64,000 nt of DNA from Candidatus Latescibacterota bacterium (GTDB lineage Bacteria > Latescibacterota > UBA2968 > UBA8231), in contig OZ241867.1 in assembly GCA_965203175.1 (NCBI GenBank), positions 6,208,001 through 6,272,000 of the forward strand. Reading direction: 5' to 3'. Numbering within the stretch: position 1 is the stretch's first letter; each line of letters starts with the position of its first letter. Positions 25,279 through 34,550 of the stretch are shown here, in pieces. The notes under the pieces were generated by a model. It made no database searches and had not been told where the DNA came from. It worked only from the letters and a program-made list of their open reading frames with translations. The translations under genes were made by a program, and so were the position numbers.

Positions 25279-26328
25279 ATGAACGAAGTCCTGAGGGCCC
25301 TGGATCGCGAACAGCTCAAGCGTGCTTTCAGCAATCACTTCGGATGCTCGATCGCAGAGATCAAAGTCCGAGAGTCGAGGCCGTTGCCCCCAAATCCTGG
25401 ATTGTCTGGGGACAAACTGATCTGCGAAGTCTCGATGCGGTCAGGAGGAAGAACCTTGGCTCCAGTGGAGTGCTGTATCAAGCGGATGGTAACGCCCGAC
25501 GACCGCGAAGCCCATCTGTATCGATCGCTGCACGACTTGCAGTTCCCGTTGCCCGAGTTCTATGGGCACTATCTGGATGAGAAGGGCCGGGAGGTGCTGA
25601 TCCTGGAGTACATCCCGCGTGTAGGGTACTCCTTTCGATCAGATGAGGAGACAACGGAGTGGCTTTCGCTCATGGCTCGATTCAACGCCATGCCACTGAG
25701 TGCCTGCGATGTTGATTCACTAAGGCAGCAGGATTGGGGAGTTTGGCTCATCGATGGGAAGGTTGAGACCGAGTTTGAAGAAGTGATATGGTGCGCGGCT
25801 GAATCCTTGATCGGCGACGAGTTGGCCGCGTTCTGCCAAGCTCAGGCGTCCAAGATCCGATCTCTTAGTGGCTTCGCCAGAAGACTTCACGCCGTGGTAA
25901 TGGACATGCCTAAGGCGCTTTGCAACGAGGAGCTTCATCCGGGATGGCGATCAGACGGAACACTTGTGGCATTCGATCTGCACAGTACAAGACCGAGTCC
26001 TCGGTTCATGGACATCTCGAACTACATCGGCGCACCCGAGTCGGGATCATGGCTAGGGGCCCTGTCACCTCGGATGAAGTGGGCCCGCGTCTACGGCGAA
26101 GCGTTGGCAGTTGCGGGCGGCCCATCCGTCGACGCGGCGACCATTCTACACGAGTCACGTCTTGTTTGGATGGCATTCGCATTCCAACTCGCATGGTGCC
26201 TTCAGGTCGCTATCGACGGCAAGATCAACTGGTCGGAGGATCTAGAGAAGAACAAGCTGGGGGCGCGCAGAGGGATCCTGATGCGGCTTGCCTATTTAAC
26301 AGAGGCTCAAGAATGGGCCCTGGTGTGA
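25279..26328 (+). CDS. Putative phosphotransferase/kinase-fold protein
   Basis: IKR...REAHLY, P-PEFYG, LILEYIP, L-AFD; Brenner motif divergent. Confidence 0.55.
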   Translation: MNEVLRALDREQLKRAFSNHFGCSIAEIKVRESRPLPPNPGLSGDKLICEVSMRSGGRTLAPVECCIKRMVTPDDREAHLYRSLHDLQFPLPEFYGHYLDEKGREVLILEYIPRVGYSFRSDEETTEWLSLMARFNAMPLSACDVDSLRQQDWGVWLIDGKVETEFEEVIWCAAESLIGDELAAFCQAQASKIRSLSGFARRLHAVVMDMPKALCNEELHPGWRSDGTLVAFDLHSTRPSPRFMDISNYIGAPESGSWLGALSPRMKWARVYGEALAVAGGPSVDAATILHESRLVWMAFAFQLAWCLQVAIDGKINWSEDLEKNKLGARRGILMRLAYLTEAQEWALV

Positions 26329-26372
26329 AGAGCCTCAGTGGAACATCTTCTGAGATCCAACGGAGGCGAACT

Positions 26373-26495
26373 GTATAACATGTGTTGGAGCAACGCTAAA
26401 GCTCAGTGGCTCTGAGTCGTTAGCTGTCCACCTTTCCCGTTCGGAGATTCACAGTCGGGTGTGCATCGTGTCAGCGGCTCAACACTACGTTAATG
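26373..26495 (+). repeat. attC-like site 6 (canonical type)
   Basis: GTATAAC at GTGTTGGAGC ... GCTCAACAC tac GTTAATG with an extra G in the left arm. Confidence 0.8.
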
Positions 26496-26505
26496 GATGT
26501 GAATC

Positions 26506-26650
26506 CTCTAACGCCCCATTTACGCTGCGGGGCATTCGCCCCTTGGCCCTAACGGGCACATCCTCTCTCTGTCACGGCGCTTGCCTTCGGCAACCTCCTC
26601 GCCAGCCCTATGCGGGACGAGAGGCGTCATAAATGGTTGAAACGTTAGCC
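26506..26650 (+). repeat. attC-like site 7 (long; closes a gene-less cassette)
   Basis: CTCTAAC gcc CCATTTA ... TAAATGG ttgaaac GTTAGCC. Confidence 0.8.
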
Positions 26651-26669
26651 GACACTCAATGATTTGCTT

Positions 26670-27257
26670 ATGACTCAAGATCTTGTCCAGCGTGATCGAA
26701 TAATTCGCCAAGAAGCGGATGAACTCCTTGGACCAAAGGGATTGAGAAGCCTACTCGAAAAATACGGGACTCCTCACGTTTCAGGCAGTTACGCTCTGCA
26801 CCTCATGACCTGGAGAGATCTAGATATTTATCTGGAACAGCAACATCTATCAGAGGAATCGTTCTTTCGTTTGGGAGGTAGGATCGCCTCCTCCCTGGCT
26901 CCAGTAAGAATGAGCTTCCGAAATGAACGTATTAACCAGACACCGAGTCTACCGTTAGGTCTTTATTGGGGTATCTACCTTGGCGACGAGAGGAAAGGTG
27001 CCTGGAAGATAGATATTTGGGCAATTGATTCCCAAGATTGCGAGAAGCAACTTCAGTTTACCGAACGGATCGCAGCGGATCTGACTCCTTTACTGCGTTG
27101 TAAGATTCTCTCCATCAAAGATGCCTGTTGGCAGGATCCTGGCTATCGAAAGACCTATACAAGTCAGGACATTTACCGTGCTGTGATTGAGGAGGGCATT
27201 GAGAACATTGATAGCTTTAAGCAACACATGAAGGACAAGGGAGTGAGCGTCGGCTAA
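26670..27257 (+). CDS. Hypothetical cassette protein, nucleotidyltransferase-like fold
   Basis: GSYALHLMTWRDLDIY (GS..DxD) and WKIDIW; stop codon lies in the attC R'' core. Confidence 0.6.
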   Translation: MTQDLVQRDRIIRQEADELLGPKGLRSLLEKYGTPHVSGSYALHLMTWRDLDIYLEQQHLSEESFFRLGGRIASSLAPVRMSFRNERINQTPSLPLGLYWGIYLGDERKGAWKIDIWAIDSQDCEKQLQFTERIAADLTPLLRCKILSIKDACWQDPGYRKTYTSQDIYRAVIEEGIENIDSFKQHMKDKGVSVG

Positions 27258-27342
27258 TACAGCAATTCACGCTGCGCGCCGTGAGGCGCTGGGCCTTCGG
27301 CAAGCTGCATTCGCGGCTTCGTGAATTGTGGGCCCGTTAGGC
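27252..27342 (+). repeat. attC-like site 8
   Basis: GGCTAAT acag CAATTCACG ... CGTGAATTG tgggccc GTTAGGC. Confidence 0.85.
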
Positions 27343-27378
27343 GAAATCCTATCACTCTTTTAAAGAGTGGATTGAACC

Positions 27379-27816
27379 ATGTTCACAATCGGAGTTTTTG
27401 GGATCATTACTGACGAGAACGACCGCGTCCTGCTTTGCCACCGGCGTGACTTCGATCTGTGGAATCTGCCCGGTGGCCGAGTTGAAGCGGGCGAGAGCCC
27501 GTGGTCTGCACTGGTGCGAGAAATAGAGGAAGAAACGTGTTTGAGAGTAGTACCCGCCCACCTCAGCGGAGTATACAGCAAGCCAGATAAGAATGAAATC
27601 GTACTCTCTTTCTCCTGCCTGGTTACCGGTGGCAGTATCCACCTCACCGATGAGGCCGACCAGATCGAGTACTTTGAGTTAGAGCGTATCCCGAGCAACA
27701 CCTCCCCAAAACAGATCGAACGCATCAAGGACTATTTCGCAGACAGGGGAAAGACATATTACAGAGTGCAAACCGGTCCTTCTTCAGTCGATTTTATCAA
27801 CGAAGGACAGATGTGA
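27379..27816 (+). CDS. NUDIX hydrolase
   Basis: PGGRVEAGESPWSALVREIEEET Nudix box. Confidence 0.92.
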   Translation: MFTIGVFGIITDENDRVLLCHRRDFDLWNLPGGRVEAGESPWSALVREIEEETCLRVVPAHLSGVYSKPDKNEIVLSFSCLVTGGSIHLTDEADQIEYFELERIPSNTSPKQIERIKDYFADRGKTYYRVQTGPSSVDFINEGQM

Positions 27817-27830
27817 GAGATAGGTACATC

Positions 27831-27905
27831 GCCTAATAGCACGGTATTGCGCTGCGGCACCTTTGGCAACCGCTTCGCGATTCGCAAACCGGCAAAACGT
27901 CATGC
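27831..27905 (+). repeat. attC-like site 9 (R' mutated to GTC)
   Basis: GCCTAAT agca CGGTATTGCG ... CGCAAACCG gcaaaac GTCATGC. Confidence 0.8.
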
Positions 27906-27909
27906 GAAA

Positions 27910-28965
27910 GTGAGTTCGATTTTGTTTAGAACGGATCTCTTCCAAGCGCACTTGGAAAACTGGGAACTCATTCTACAGGAGCGAACCGTTGAAGCCATCG
28001 AACGGATCGCATCTGTTCCTGGCGTTGCGGGTGTGATTCTAGGGGGTAGCGTTGGGCGAGGAATGGCGTGGCCTATATCAGATATAGACCTCATCTACAC
28101 TACTACCAAGGGGGCGGACAACAGTCTTGCAAAAAGAGTGGACGAGCTTGCGTTGTCCATCACAAGGGAGTGGGCGCGAGACACGTGGCCGACGTCTGTT
28201 GACGCAGGGCGACTCCATTTTACCGCTGACGAGGCAGACGACTTGCTCAAAGGCAAGCGTCACTTAGATGAGCTGATGGCCAATGAGAGGACTTTCCATG
28301 CGACCGACAAGAGCCACCTCGGTCGATCAGTTCACGCGTCTGAGGATTGCGATACTCCTGCATTTGTCGTGCTACTTTCCGATGGTCGATTTGACCCATC
28401 GGTTGTCCAGGCACGCCAAATCGAGCGAGTCAGACGTGTAACCAGTCTCGCTCAGCGAGTTCAGTCTCATCTGGAGGCCGGTAGTCTGATTGAGGCAGGG
28501 ATCTCTATACAGGAACTCGCGCGTGTGATAATCCCATATCTGATGGAAAGGTGGGGGCATGGAGATCGGTCCTTTGGAAGGGCTTTCACTCGTTTTTGCG
28601 TTCTAGCGCACGAGCACCAGGAAGAAGGCATTGCGAATCGCCTCATTCGACTGTTCTCTCTTACGGCGGATGAGGTAGAAGCAAGATACGCCAAGGCTCC
28701 CGCTAATGTTGTGGAGCGACACATCACATCGTATCCATCCCGCCTGGCCGTGGGCGAAAAGATCACGGAGCTCGATGACAAACGCGATGTCCTGTATGCC
28801 TACACGTGGTATGCAGTTCGCACTGGTGAAACTGGTTCGTGGCTCCTCAATGAGGATCTACACAAGTCTCAACTCAAGTTGTCACTGGATCAAACAGCAT
28901 CTATATGGACCGAGGTGGTCTCGAAGGAGCCGGATTGCATATCTAGCGAACTCACCCTCGCATAA
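27910..28965 (+). CDS. Nucleotidyltransferase domain protein
   Basis: GVILGGSVGRG-AWPISDIDL; start uncertain (the ORF-track start lies inside attC). Confidence 0.7.
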   Translation: MSSILFRTDLFQAHLENWELILQERTVEAIERIASVPGVAGVILGGSVGRGMAWPISDIDLIYTTTKGADNSLAKRVDELALSITREWARDTWPTSVDAGRLHFTADEADDLLKGKRHLDELMANERTFHATDKSHLGRSVHASEDCDTPAFVVLLSDGRFDPSVVQARQIERVRRVTSLAQRVQSHLEAGSLIEAGISIQELARVIIPYLMERWGHGDRSFGRAFTRFCVLAHEHQEEGIANRLIRLFSLTADEVEARYAKAPANVVERHITSYPSRLAVGEKITELDDKRDVLYAYTWYAVRTGETGSWLLNEDLHKSQLKLSLDQTASIWTEVVSKEPDCISSELTLA

Positions 28966-29044
28966 AACAAGCATCTACGGCTCAGGCCATCCGGCCTCCG
29001 CCCAACCTAGCTTCGCCAGGTTCGTGAGTGCCGGACCGTTACAC
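28960..29044 (+). repeat. attC-like site 10
   Basis: GCATAAA acaa GCATCTACG ... CGTGAGTGC cggacc GTTACAC. Confidence 0.75.
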
Positions 29045-29062
29045 GCAATTTAAGGAGGCATT

Positions 29063-31507
29063 ATGTTCAGGAACTATATCACTGTTGCTGTTCGGAATAT
29101 ATTCAGACATAAAGTCTATTCAGTGATCAACATTCTCGGACTGACAGTCGGTCTCACTGCGGTCGTACTTTTGATCGCCTACGTCGAGAACGAAACAGGC
29201 TACGACCGTTTTCACTCCAATCGGGAACAACTGTATCGCGTCGTGCGCAGGACTGTAGCGAACGAGCAAGAGATTGTCAGCACTAGCGTCTCAGGAGCAG
29301 TTCGAAACGCTGCTCTGGAGACCATCCCTCAAGTCAAGGCTGCTGCACGAGTTTGGGATGGGAGAGGAGCAGGTCCCCGTTGGATGCGTTATGGTGATAC
29401 CTCTCTGTCAGTGGATTTTTGGCTTGTTGAAGATAACTTCCTGGAGGTCTTTGATTTCCCTCTTCAACAGGGAGAAATATCAACACTCTTTGAAAAGCCA
29501 TACTCTGTGGCTATCACCGAAAAAGTAGCGCGAAAATTCTTCAAGGACGAAGACCCCATTGGGAAGATTGTCACCTTGGAGCATGTGTGGTTTGCTGGCA
29601 ATTACACCGTCACAGGCATTCTTGCCGATCCACCAGTACAATCCAGTCTGCAATTTGAAGTCATCTCATCGACTGTCCCAACATCTGGTACTCCACATTA
29701 TGCTTGGGAAAAGTGGAATAGAAGTTTCTCTTGGATTCCAGTCCAAACCTGGCTATTGCTTGAGCCCAACGCGAAGGTCGAATTTGCGGAACAAAACCTC
29801 AATGAACTTATGGTCAAACACCTGGGATCTAACGTTGCTGCCACCGATTCATATCAGTTACAAAAATTAACGCGAATTCATTTGTATCATCGCATCGACT
29901 TTGGATCGCGGATAGAAGATGGTGACGCTTCCGGTGGAACCGACATTCGCAGACTGCAAGTGGCAATAGGCATCGTGTTGCTGTTAATGCTGATCGCTTC
30001 AGTGAACTTCACGAATCTTGCTACTGCCCGTTCTTTGACACGCGCCGGAGAAGCAGGAGTAAGAAAAGTAGTAGGGGCGAGTAAACAAGACCTCATCATA
30101 CAATACCTAACCGAGTCCATCGTACTGGCATTCGCATCTCTTGTTGTTTCGATTGGCGTTGCGCAGTTGGTGTTCCCAATATTTGCCGATATGCTTGAAA
30201 CGAGCCTTCAGTTCACCCCTGGCGTCCTATTCTCTCTTATGCCCTTACTATGCCTCATTGCGCTCTTTTTCGGTGTGCTCGCTGGCCTGTATCCGGCCCT
30301 TTTTTTGTCCTATCTCTCGCCAGTCGAGGCTATTCAACCTGGTTACGTTCCTGGCTCAACCAAAGCATCGCTCCGAATGGGCCTCCTGACTTTCCAGTTT
30401 GCCTCGTCAATCCTGCTCGTTATCGCGGCAAGTGCGATGTCAACACAGATGGATTTCATTCGAAACAAGGAACTCGGTTTTCAGAAAGAACACGTCATTC
30501 TATTGCCCCTATTTGCCGATGGCAGGGGAGCGGATGTAGAAGGGAATGTTCCATTCACGGACCGTTATGAAACAGTAAAGCGAGCCTTCTTAAGAAATCC
30601 CAACATTCTGGCGGCCAGTGCAATACACACGAAAACTGGACTTGGAGGTCCAGCAGAGCTTATCCAACCAGCAGGGTATCCTGATGGCGTGCGAATGCGC
30701 CTTCTGGGAGTAGATGAAGACTTTCTGGGAACTTACGGGATTCATCTCGTAGAGGGCAGAAATTTCGATACGGGCAGAGCATCTGACAGAACTGCGGCCT
30801 TTATTCTCAATGAAACGGCAGTACGCCAATTGGGATGGGATAAGCCTATTGGCATGCAGGTCACATGGGGTTCTCGCAAAGGTCAAGTCATTGGAGTCGT
30901 CCGAGATTTCCACAATCGAAGCCTACATGAAGAGATTGGCCCTGTGGTCTTAGCTATCCGCCAGGATGTTTTCAACACCCTGGCACTTCGACTGGCGAAC
31001 GGAGATTTGATAGCTACAATCAATGACCTTGAGCGGATTTGGCATAAGTTTCTGCCCACCCGGCCTTTTCGCTACTCGTTCCTTGATGAGAGCTTGAGTA
31101 GCATGTACCTCGAAACCCAACGCTTCACAGATATTTGTACGCTGTTTGCTCGTTTGGCCACCCTTGTAGCCTGCTTGGGCATGTTTGGCCTCATCTCGTA
31201 TATCATAGAGAGAAGACGAAAGGAGGTTGCCATTCGCAAAGTCCTTGGAGCCTCGGACAGAAGCGTCGTGCAGATGCTCATAGGTGCTCAGATCCGTCCC
31301 ATTCTGTATGGAAATCTGATTGCGTTGCCTGGTGCTCTGTATTTCATTGATCGATGGATATCTGATTTTGTGTATCGCGTGGACATAGAATGGACGATTT
31401 ATGCAAGTGGGAGCATGGCCATTCTTGTTCTGGCAATTGCAACAGTACTTTTTCAGATCATCCGAGCGACTCGTAAAAATCCTGTTGAAGCCCTCAGGCA
31501 CGAATGA
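29063..31507 (+). CDS. ABC transporter permease, duplicated MacB/FtsX type
   Basis: MFRNY...INILGL, NF-NLATARS--RA-E-GVRKVVGA, RRKEVAIRKVLGAS, NPVEALRHE; AAGGAGG RBS. Confidence 0.92.
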   Translation: MFRNYITVAVRNIFRHKVYSVINILGLTVGLTAVVLLIAYVENETGYDRFHSNREQLYRVVRRTVANEQEIVSTSVSGAVRNAALETIPQVKAAARVWDGRGAGPRWMRYGDTSLSVDFWLVEDNFLEVFDFPLQQGEISTLFEKPYSVAITEKVARKFFKDEDPIGKIVTLEHVWFAGNYTVTGILADPPVQSSLQFEVISSTVPTSGTPHYAWEKWNRSFSWIPVQTWLLLEPNAKVEFAEQNLNELMVKHLGSNVAATDSYQLQKLTRIHLYHRIDFGSRIEDGDASGGTDIRRLQVAIGIVLLLMLIASVNFTNLATARSLTRAGEAGVRKVVGASKQDLIIQYLTESIVLAFASLVVSIGVAQLVFPIFADMLETSLQFTPGVLFSLMPLLCLIALFFGVLAGLYPALFLSYLSPVEAIQPGYVPGSTKASLRMGLLTFQFASSILLVIAASAMSTQMDFIRNKELGFQKEHVILLPLFADGRGADVEGNVPFTDRYETVKRAFLRNPNILAASAIHTKTGLGGPAELIQPAGYPDGVRMRLLGVDEDFLGTYGIHLVEGRNFDTGRASDRTAAFILNETAVRQLGWDKPIGMQVTWGSRKGQVIGVVRDFHNRSLHEEIGPVVLAIRQDVFNTLALRLANGDLIATINDLERIWHKFLPTRPFRYSFLDESLSSMYLETQRFTDICTLFARLATLVACLGMFGLISYIIERRRKEVAIRKVLGASDRSVVQMLIGAQIRPILYGNLIALPGALYFIDRWISDFVYRVDIEWTIYASGSMAILVLAIATVLFQIIRATRKNPVEALRHE

Positions 31508-31550
31508 CAGGTCTCACATCAAGAAAGTTACAGTATATCAGAGTGTAGAT

Positions 31551-32546
31551 TTGGCGATCAGCAAGCAAGCATATATAGAAGCCTCCAAGGCAAAGCCGAC
31601 CTTTACTGCTGAGCAGGGAGCAGTGGCTTTTGCTAGACAGGGGCTAGGCTCGGTTATCGAATGGACTGAACTTGCAGCAAATCCAACCAATTGTGTCTAC
31701 AAGGCAGTGTGTTGCGACGGCAGCTATATAATCAAGATCAAGTATCGAAAAGCCTTCTCGCTAGCGGTCGATTTCAATATTACCGCATTGTTACGCGATA
31801 CAACCACTCTGCCCGTCCCGGAGATCAGTGTATTATGCGAGGACCCCGATGTGTTCGGATATCCTTATCTGATTTCTAGTCTGCTCCCCGGTACTCAAGG
31901 ACGAGACTTTTTCGAGAGGCCCAGTACTAGCGATGATAGGCGGTGTCGCCTGCTCAAAGAATTTGGCTCAGCGGTCGCTGCCATCAATGAACAGAGCGTA
32001 TCCGACGGTCTTCTGCCCGTGCAGGATGTGACCCAATGGCGAGAAGACATACGGAGAAAGCTCCTTTACAATCAGGACTTGGTAGCCGACCTGCCAGAAG
32101 ATTGTCAAGCCAAGTTGCCCATTATCGAAGATCTTCTGGACAAGATTGATGTCGTGCCGAATCCGAGTCCTCAAGGGCTTCTATGGGGAGATGCAACTAT
32201 ACACAATCTTTTGGTTGATGATGATGGCCATATCGTCGGCATTTACGATTTTGAGAACGGAGCGACTGGCGACCTTCTACATGACCAACTGCATGTCGCA
32301 GCAGAGTTTACCCGAAAACCCCAAGAAATTTATGGTCGCGATCACTATCCGCAGGAGTTTTGGTCTGGGTATGCGGAGGCAGGTGGAGTGCGGATAGAAC
32401 CAGATGAGACGTACCTTAAAGTCAGACAAGCCACCATGGGTGCTGGTTTGTGCTGGTTCTGGGAAGTGCTGGGAGCCTTTCATCCCAAAACGCCGCAATG
32501 GCTGGATGACTTGGAAAGTGGATTAAAAAGCCTTGTGGATTCCTGA
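31551..32546 (+). CDS. APH-family phosphotransferase
   Basis: YIIK, LPVPE, LLWGD---HNLLV, GIYDFE--GD; start uncertain. Confidence 0.75.
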   Translation: MAISKQAYIEASKAKPTFTAEQGAVAFARQGLGSVIEWTELAANPTNCVYKAVCCDGSYIIKIKYRKAFSLAVDFNITALLRDTTTLPVPEISVLCEDPDVFGYPYLISSLLPGTQGRDFFERPSTSDDRRCRLLKEFGSAVAAINEQSVSDGLLPVQDVTQWREDIRRKLLYNQDLVADLPEDCQAKLPIIEDLLDKIDVVPNPSPQGLLWGDATIHNLLVDDDGHIVGIYDFENGATGDLLHDQLHVAAEFTRKPQEIYGRDHYPQEFWSGYAEAGGVRIEPDETYLKVRQATMGAGLCWFWEVLGAFHPKTPQWLDDLESGLKSLVDS

Positions 32547-32610
32547 GGTTCGGGTGCGCATAAACGTGGAACTCCGTCCCAAACTGACTTCTAAATTTGA
32601 GCTTCGGCAA

Positions 32611-32835
32611 ATGACAGAGTCGTTTGTTGATATTGGAAATCTCCGTCTGTGGACAATCGTGTATGGCAGACAGGATATCAGGCCGAGTTGGCCAGTCGAG
32701 CAACTTGCTCAACTGTTGCCGAACGCGCGTTTGGAGTTTCTTGAGAATGCCCATCACCAAATTTGGCTTGAGCATGAAGAATTGCTCCAAGGTTTCTTGA
32801 GGGAATTTGTAAAGAAATTTGCCCACAGCACATAA
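32611..32835 (+). pseudogene. alpha/beta-hydrolase remnant, copy 2
   Basis: As 23206-23430 with two amino-acid differences. Confidence 0.55.
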
Positions 32836-32893
32836 CACGTCCGTGCCCAGCTTCGGCGCTGGCGCGCCTTTGCCCAACCGCTACGCGGTTCGG
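32830..32893 (+). repeat. Truncated attC (left part only)
   Basis: Copy of site 4 lacking CACGGCGGAAACGTT. Confidence 0.8.
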
Positions 32894-32929
32894 ATACGCC
32901 ATCCGGATGAAGATGGAAAGGACGAGAAC

Positions 32930-33412
32930 GTGGCGAAATCCTGTCCTGAATGCTTAAGTGATGTTCCTGAGAGCGCATTTGTATGTCACGCTTGCGGCCG
33001 AAGGATCGTGGGCAAGGAGTGCCCCGAGTGTTGTGAAGTTTCGAAAGAGACTGCAAAACGGTGCGCCTATTGCGGCCACAACTTTGAGCGCAAGGAGAAG
33101 ATTGCCAAAATTGAACCATTTAGTGCAAAGGCCTCATTGCTGGCCACGCTCTTCCTCCGGATGCGTTTGATCCCACAGGAGATTTTGCTAACTCCAGAGA
33201 AGATCATCATCCAAACGTGGGGATTCTTTTGGCTTAGCAGGTCGGACGAAGACATCCCTTGGGAGAAAATCGCCGGCTATCACTACCACGCAGGATGGTT
33301 CTGGGACAGTCTTGAAATCCAGACACGCGGCCAGACAGCCAATAGAATACGATGCCTTCAGAAACCAGACGGTCTAAGAATCAAGGAAATACTCGAGCAA
33401 ATGAAAGAGTAG
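32930..33412 (+). CDS. Double zinc-ribbon protein, copy 2
   Basis: Same protein as 23540-24022. Confidence 0.7.
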   Translation: MAKSCPECLSDVPESAFVCHACGRRIVGKECPECCEVSKETAKRCAYCGHNFERKEKIAKIEPFSAKASLLATLFLRMRLIPQEILLTPEKIIIQTWGFFWLSRSDEDIPWEKIAGYHYHAGWFWDSLEIQTRGQTANRIRCLQKPDGLRIKEILEQMKE

Positions 33413-33422
33413 AAACGAAGAG

Positions 33423-33443
33423 GGCACGGCGGGAACGTTATAG
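33423..33443 (+). repeat. Orphan right half of attC
   Basis: GGCACGG cgggaac GTTATAG, matching the right arm of site 4. Confidence 0.7.
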
Positions 33444-33487
33444 GAAATTCCAGCCCAAGGAATTTTGCTCTTCAAGGATTGCCGAGG

Positions 33488-34399
33488 ATGGCGACGGATA
33501 AATTGCCCACATGGTTGGAGTTGTTTGCGGACGCTCTCAAACCCGCCCAAGTTGTGGGTATAGATCCTCTTCGCAAATGGTCATTGTCGCAAGTGTTTCG
33601 GCTGACCTTGGATGAAGGTCGCACTCTAATCGCCAAGCGAGGCATTCCCACAAAGGGGCCCACGGAGTTGGAAATATACCAAGAATGCCTGATCCCTCTC
33701 GAAATAGACGCGCCGACCGTTGTTGCAAGCTTCTCAAGTGAAACCGAGTATGCTTTCCTGATGGAGGATTTTCAAGGCGCAGACCTTGAACAACGGCCTT
33801 CCAATTCAGATTTCTTTGATACGGCCCGCCGACTTGCTGAAATTCGGACATCTGCAGAGAAGATCGCAGAATTCAACACTTCAAAGATCGAAAAGCACCT
33901 GCTGACCAAAGAGCAACTTCTTCTCGACCTTGAATATGTACTTGAGCACGCGGGTCGGGAGCATCAGGAGATGATCAGTTCCGTAGCGAGGCAGGCGAGA
34001 TCGGTTGCACAACACCTGGACCGTTTATACGAAGAGACGCCACCCACACTGAACCACAACGACTACCACGCAAAGAACTTACTCAATGTCGGGGGACGTG
34101 TTGTGCCCATCGACTGGGCAAATGCTAGAATCAGCCCACACCTTGGAGATCTTTGCTGCCTCATTGCTGAAGGAAGGGATCAAGGAATTCCCCAGCAAGC
34201 ATTTGTTGATACCTACACATCCACTGGGACTCAGGAGGAAGTCACAGATTGGCACCTTGATGTGGGCTCTCTTTGCTGGCATGTCCACAGTCTACAGTGG
34301 ATTCTTGAATTCGGACTGGACGCCATTCCTTCATCGAAGAATTGGGTGGCAAACTACCTAGCGGACATATCGGCCACCGTCGCTCGACTGGAACCGTAG
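33488..34399 (+). CDS. APH-family phosphotransferase
   Basis: IAKR, FLMED, TLNHNDYHAKNLL, IDWANA, DL. Confidence 0.8.
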   Translation: MATDKLPTWLELFADALKPAQVVGIDPLRKWSLSQVFRLTLDEGRTLIAKRGIPTKGPTELEIYQECLIPLEIDAPTVVASFSSETEYAFLMEDFQGADLEQRPSNSDFFDTARRLAEIRTSAEKIAEFNTSKIEKHLLTKEQLLLDLEYVLEHAGREHQEMISSVARQARSVAQHLDRLYEETPPTLNHNDYHAKNLLNVGGRVVPIDWANARISPHLGDLCCLIAEGRDQGIPQQAFVDTYTSTGTQEEVTDWHLDVGSLCWHVHSLQWILEFGLDAIPSSKNWVANYLADISATVARLEP

Positions 34400-34550
34400 G
34401 CTGACTCAGCCTTTGAGGGCTTCACTGCCTTGCAGCATGTCCACGCCCAATTCGCTGCCAGCAACTCCCCTTGGGCCGAGAAGATTGAAGACGTACCTGA
34501 TTTGCTCCAGTTAGGCTGAGACTATTTCTTACCCGCTAAGAAACAGTCTG

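Larger units (their letters stand above)
32595..33411 (+). repeat. Duplicated block, copy 2 (15 bp deletion inside attC)
   Basis: Matches 23190-24021. Confidence 0.95.

Noticed and set aside
32547-32594. GGTTCGGGTGCGCATAAACGTGG as an attC right-half remnant
   Set aside because: It resembles the family, but the core is GTG and no left arm exists; too weak to call.
23190-33411. Diversity-generating retroelement template/variable repeat pair
   Set aside because: The differences are few, run in both directions (A>G and G>A), and no reverse transcriptase is present.
34400-34550. Complete attC ending at GTTAGGC 34510
   Set aside because: No R'' core or stem pairing could be identified; only the lone core is noted.
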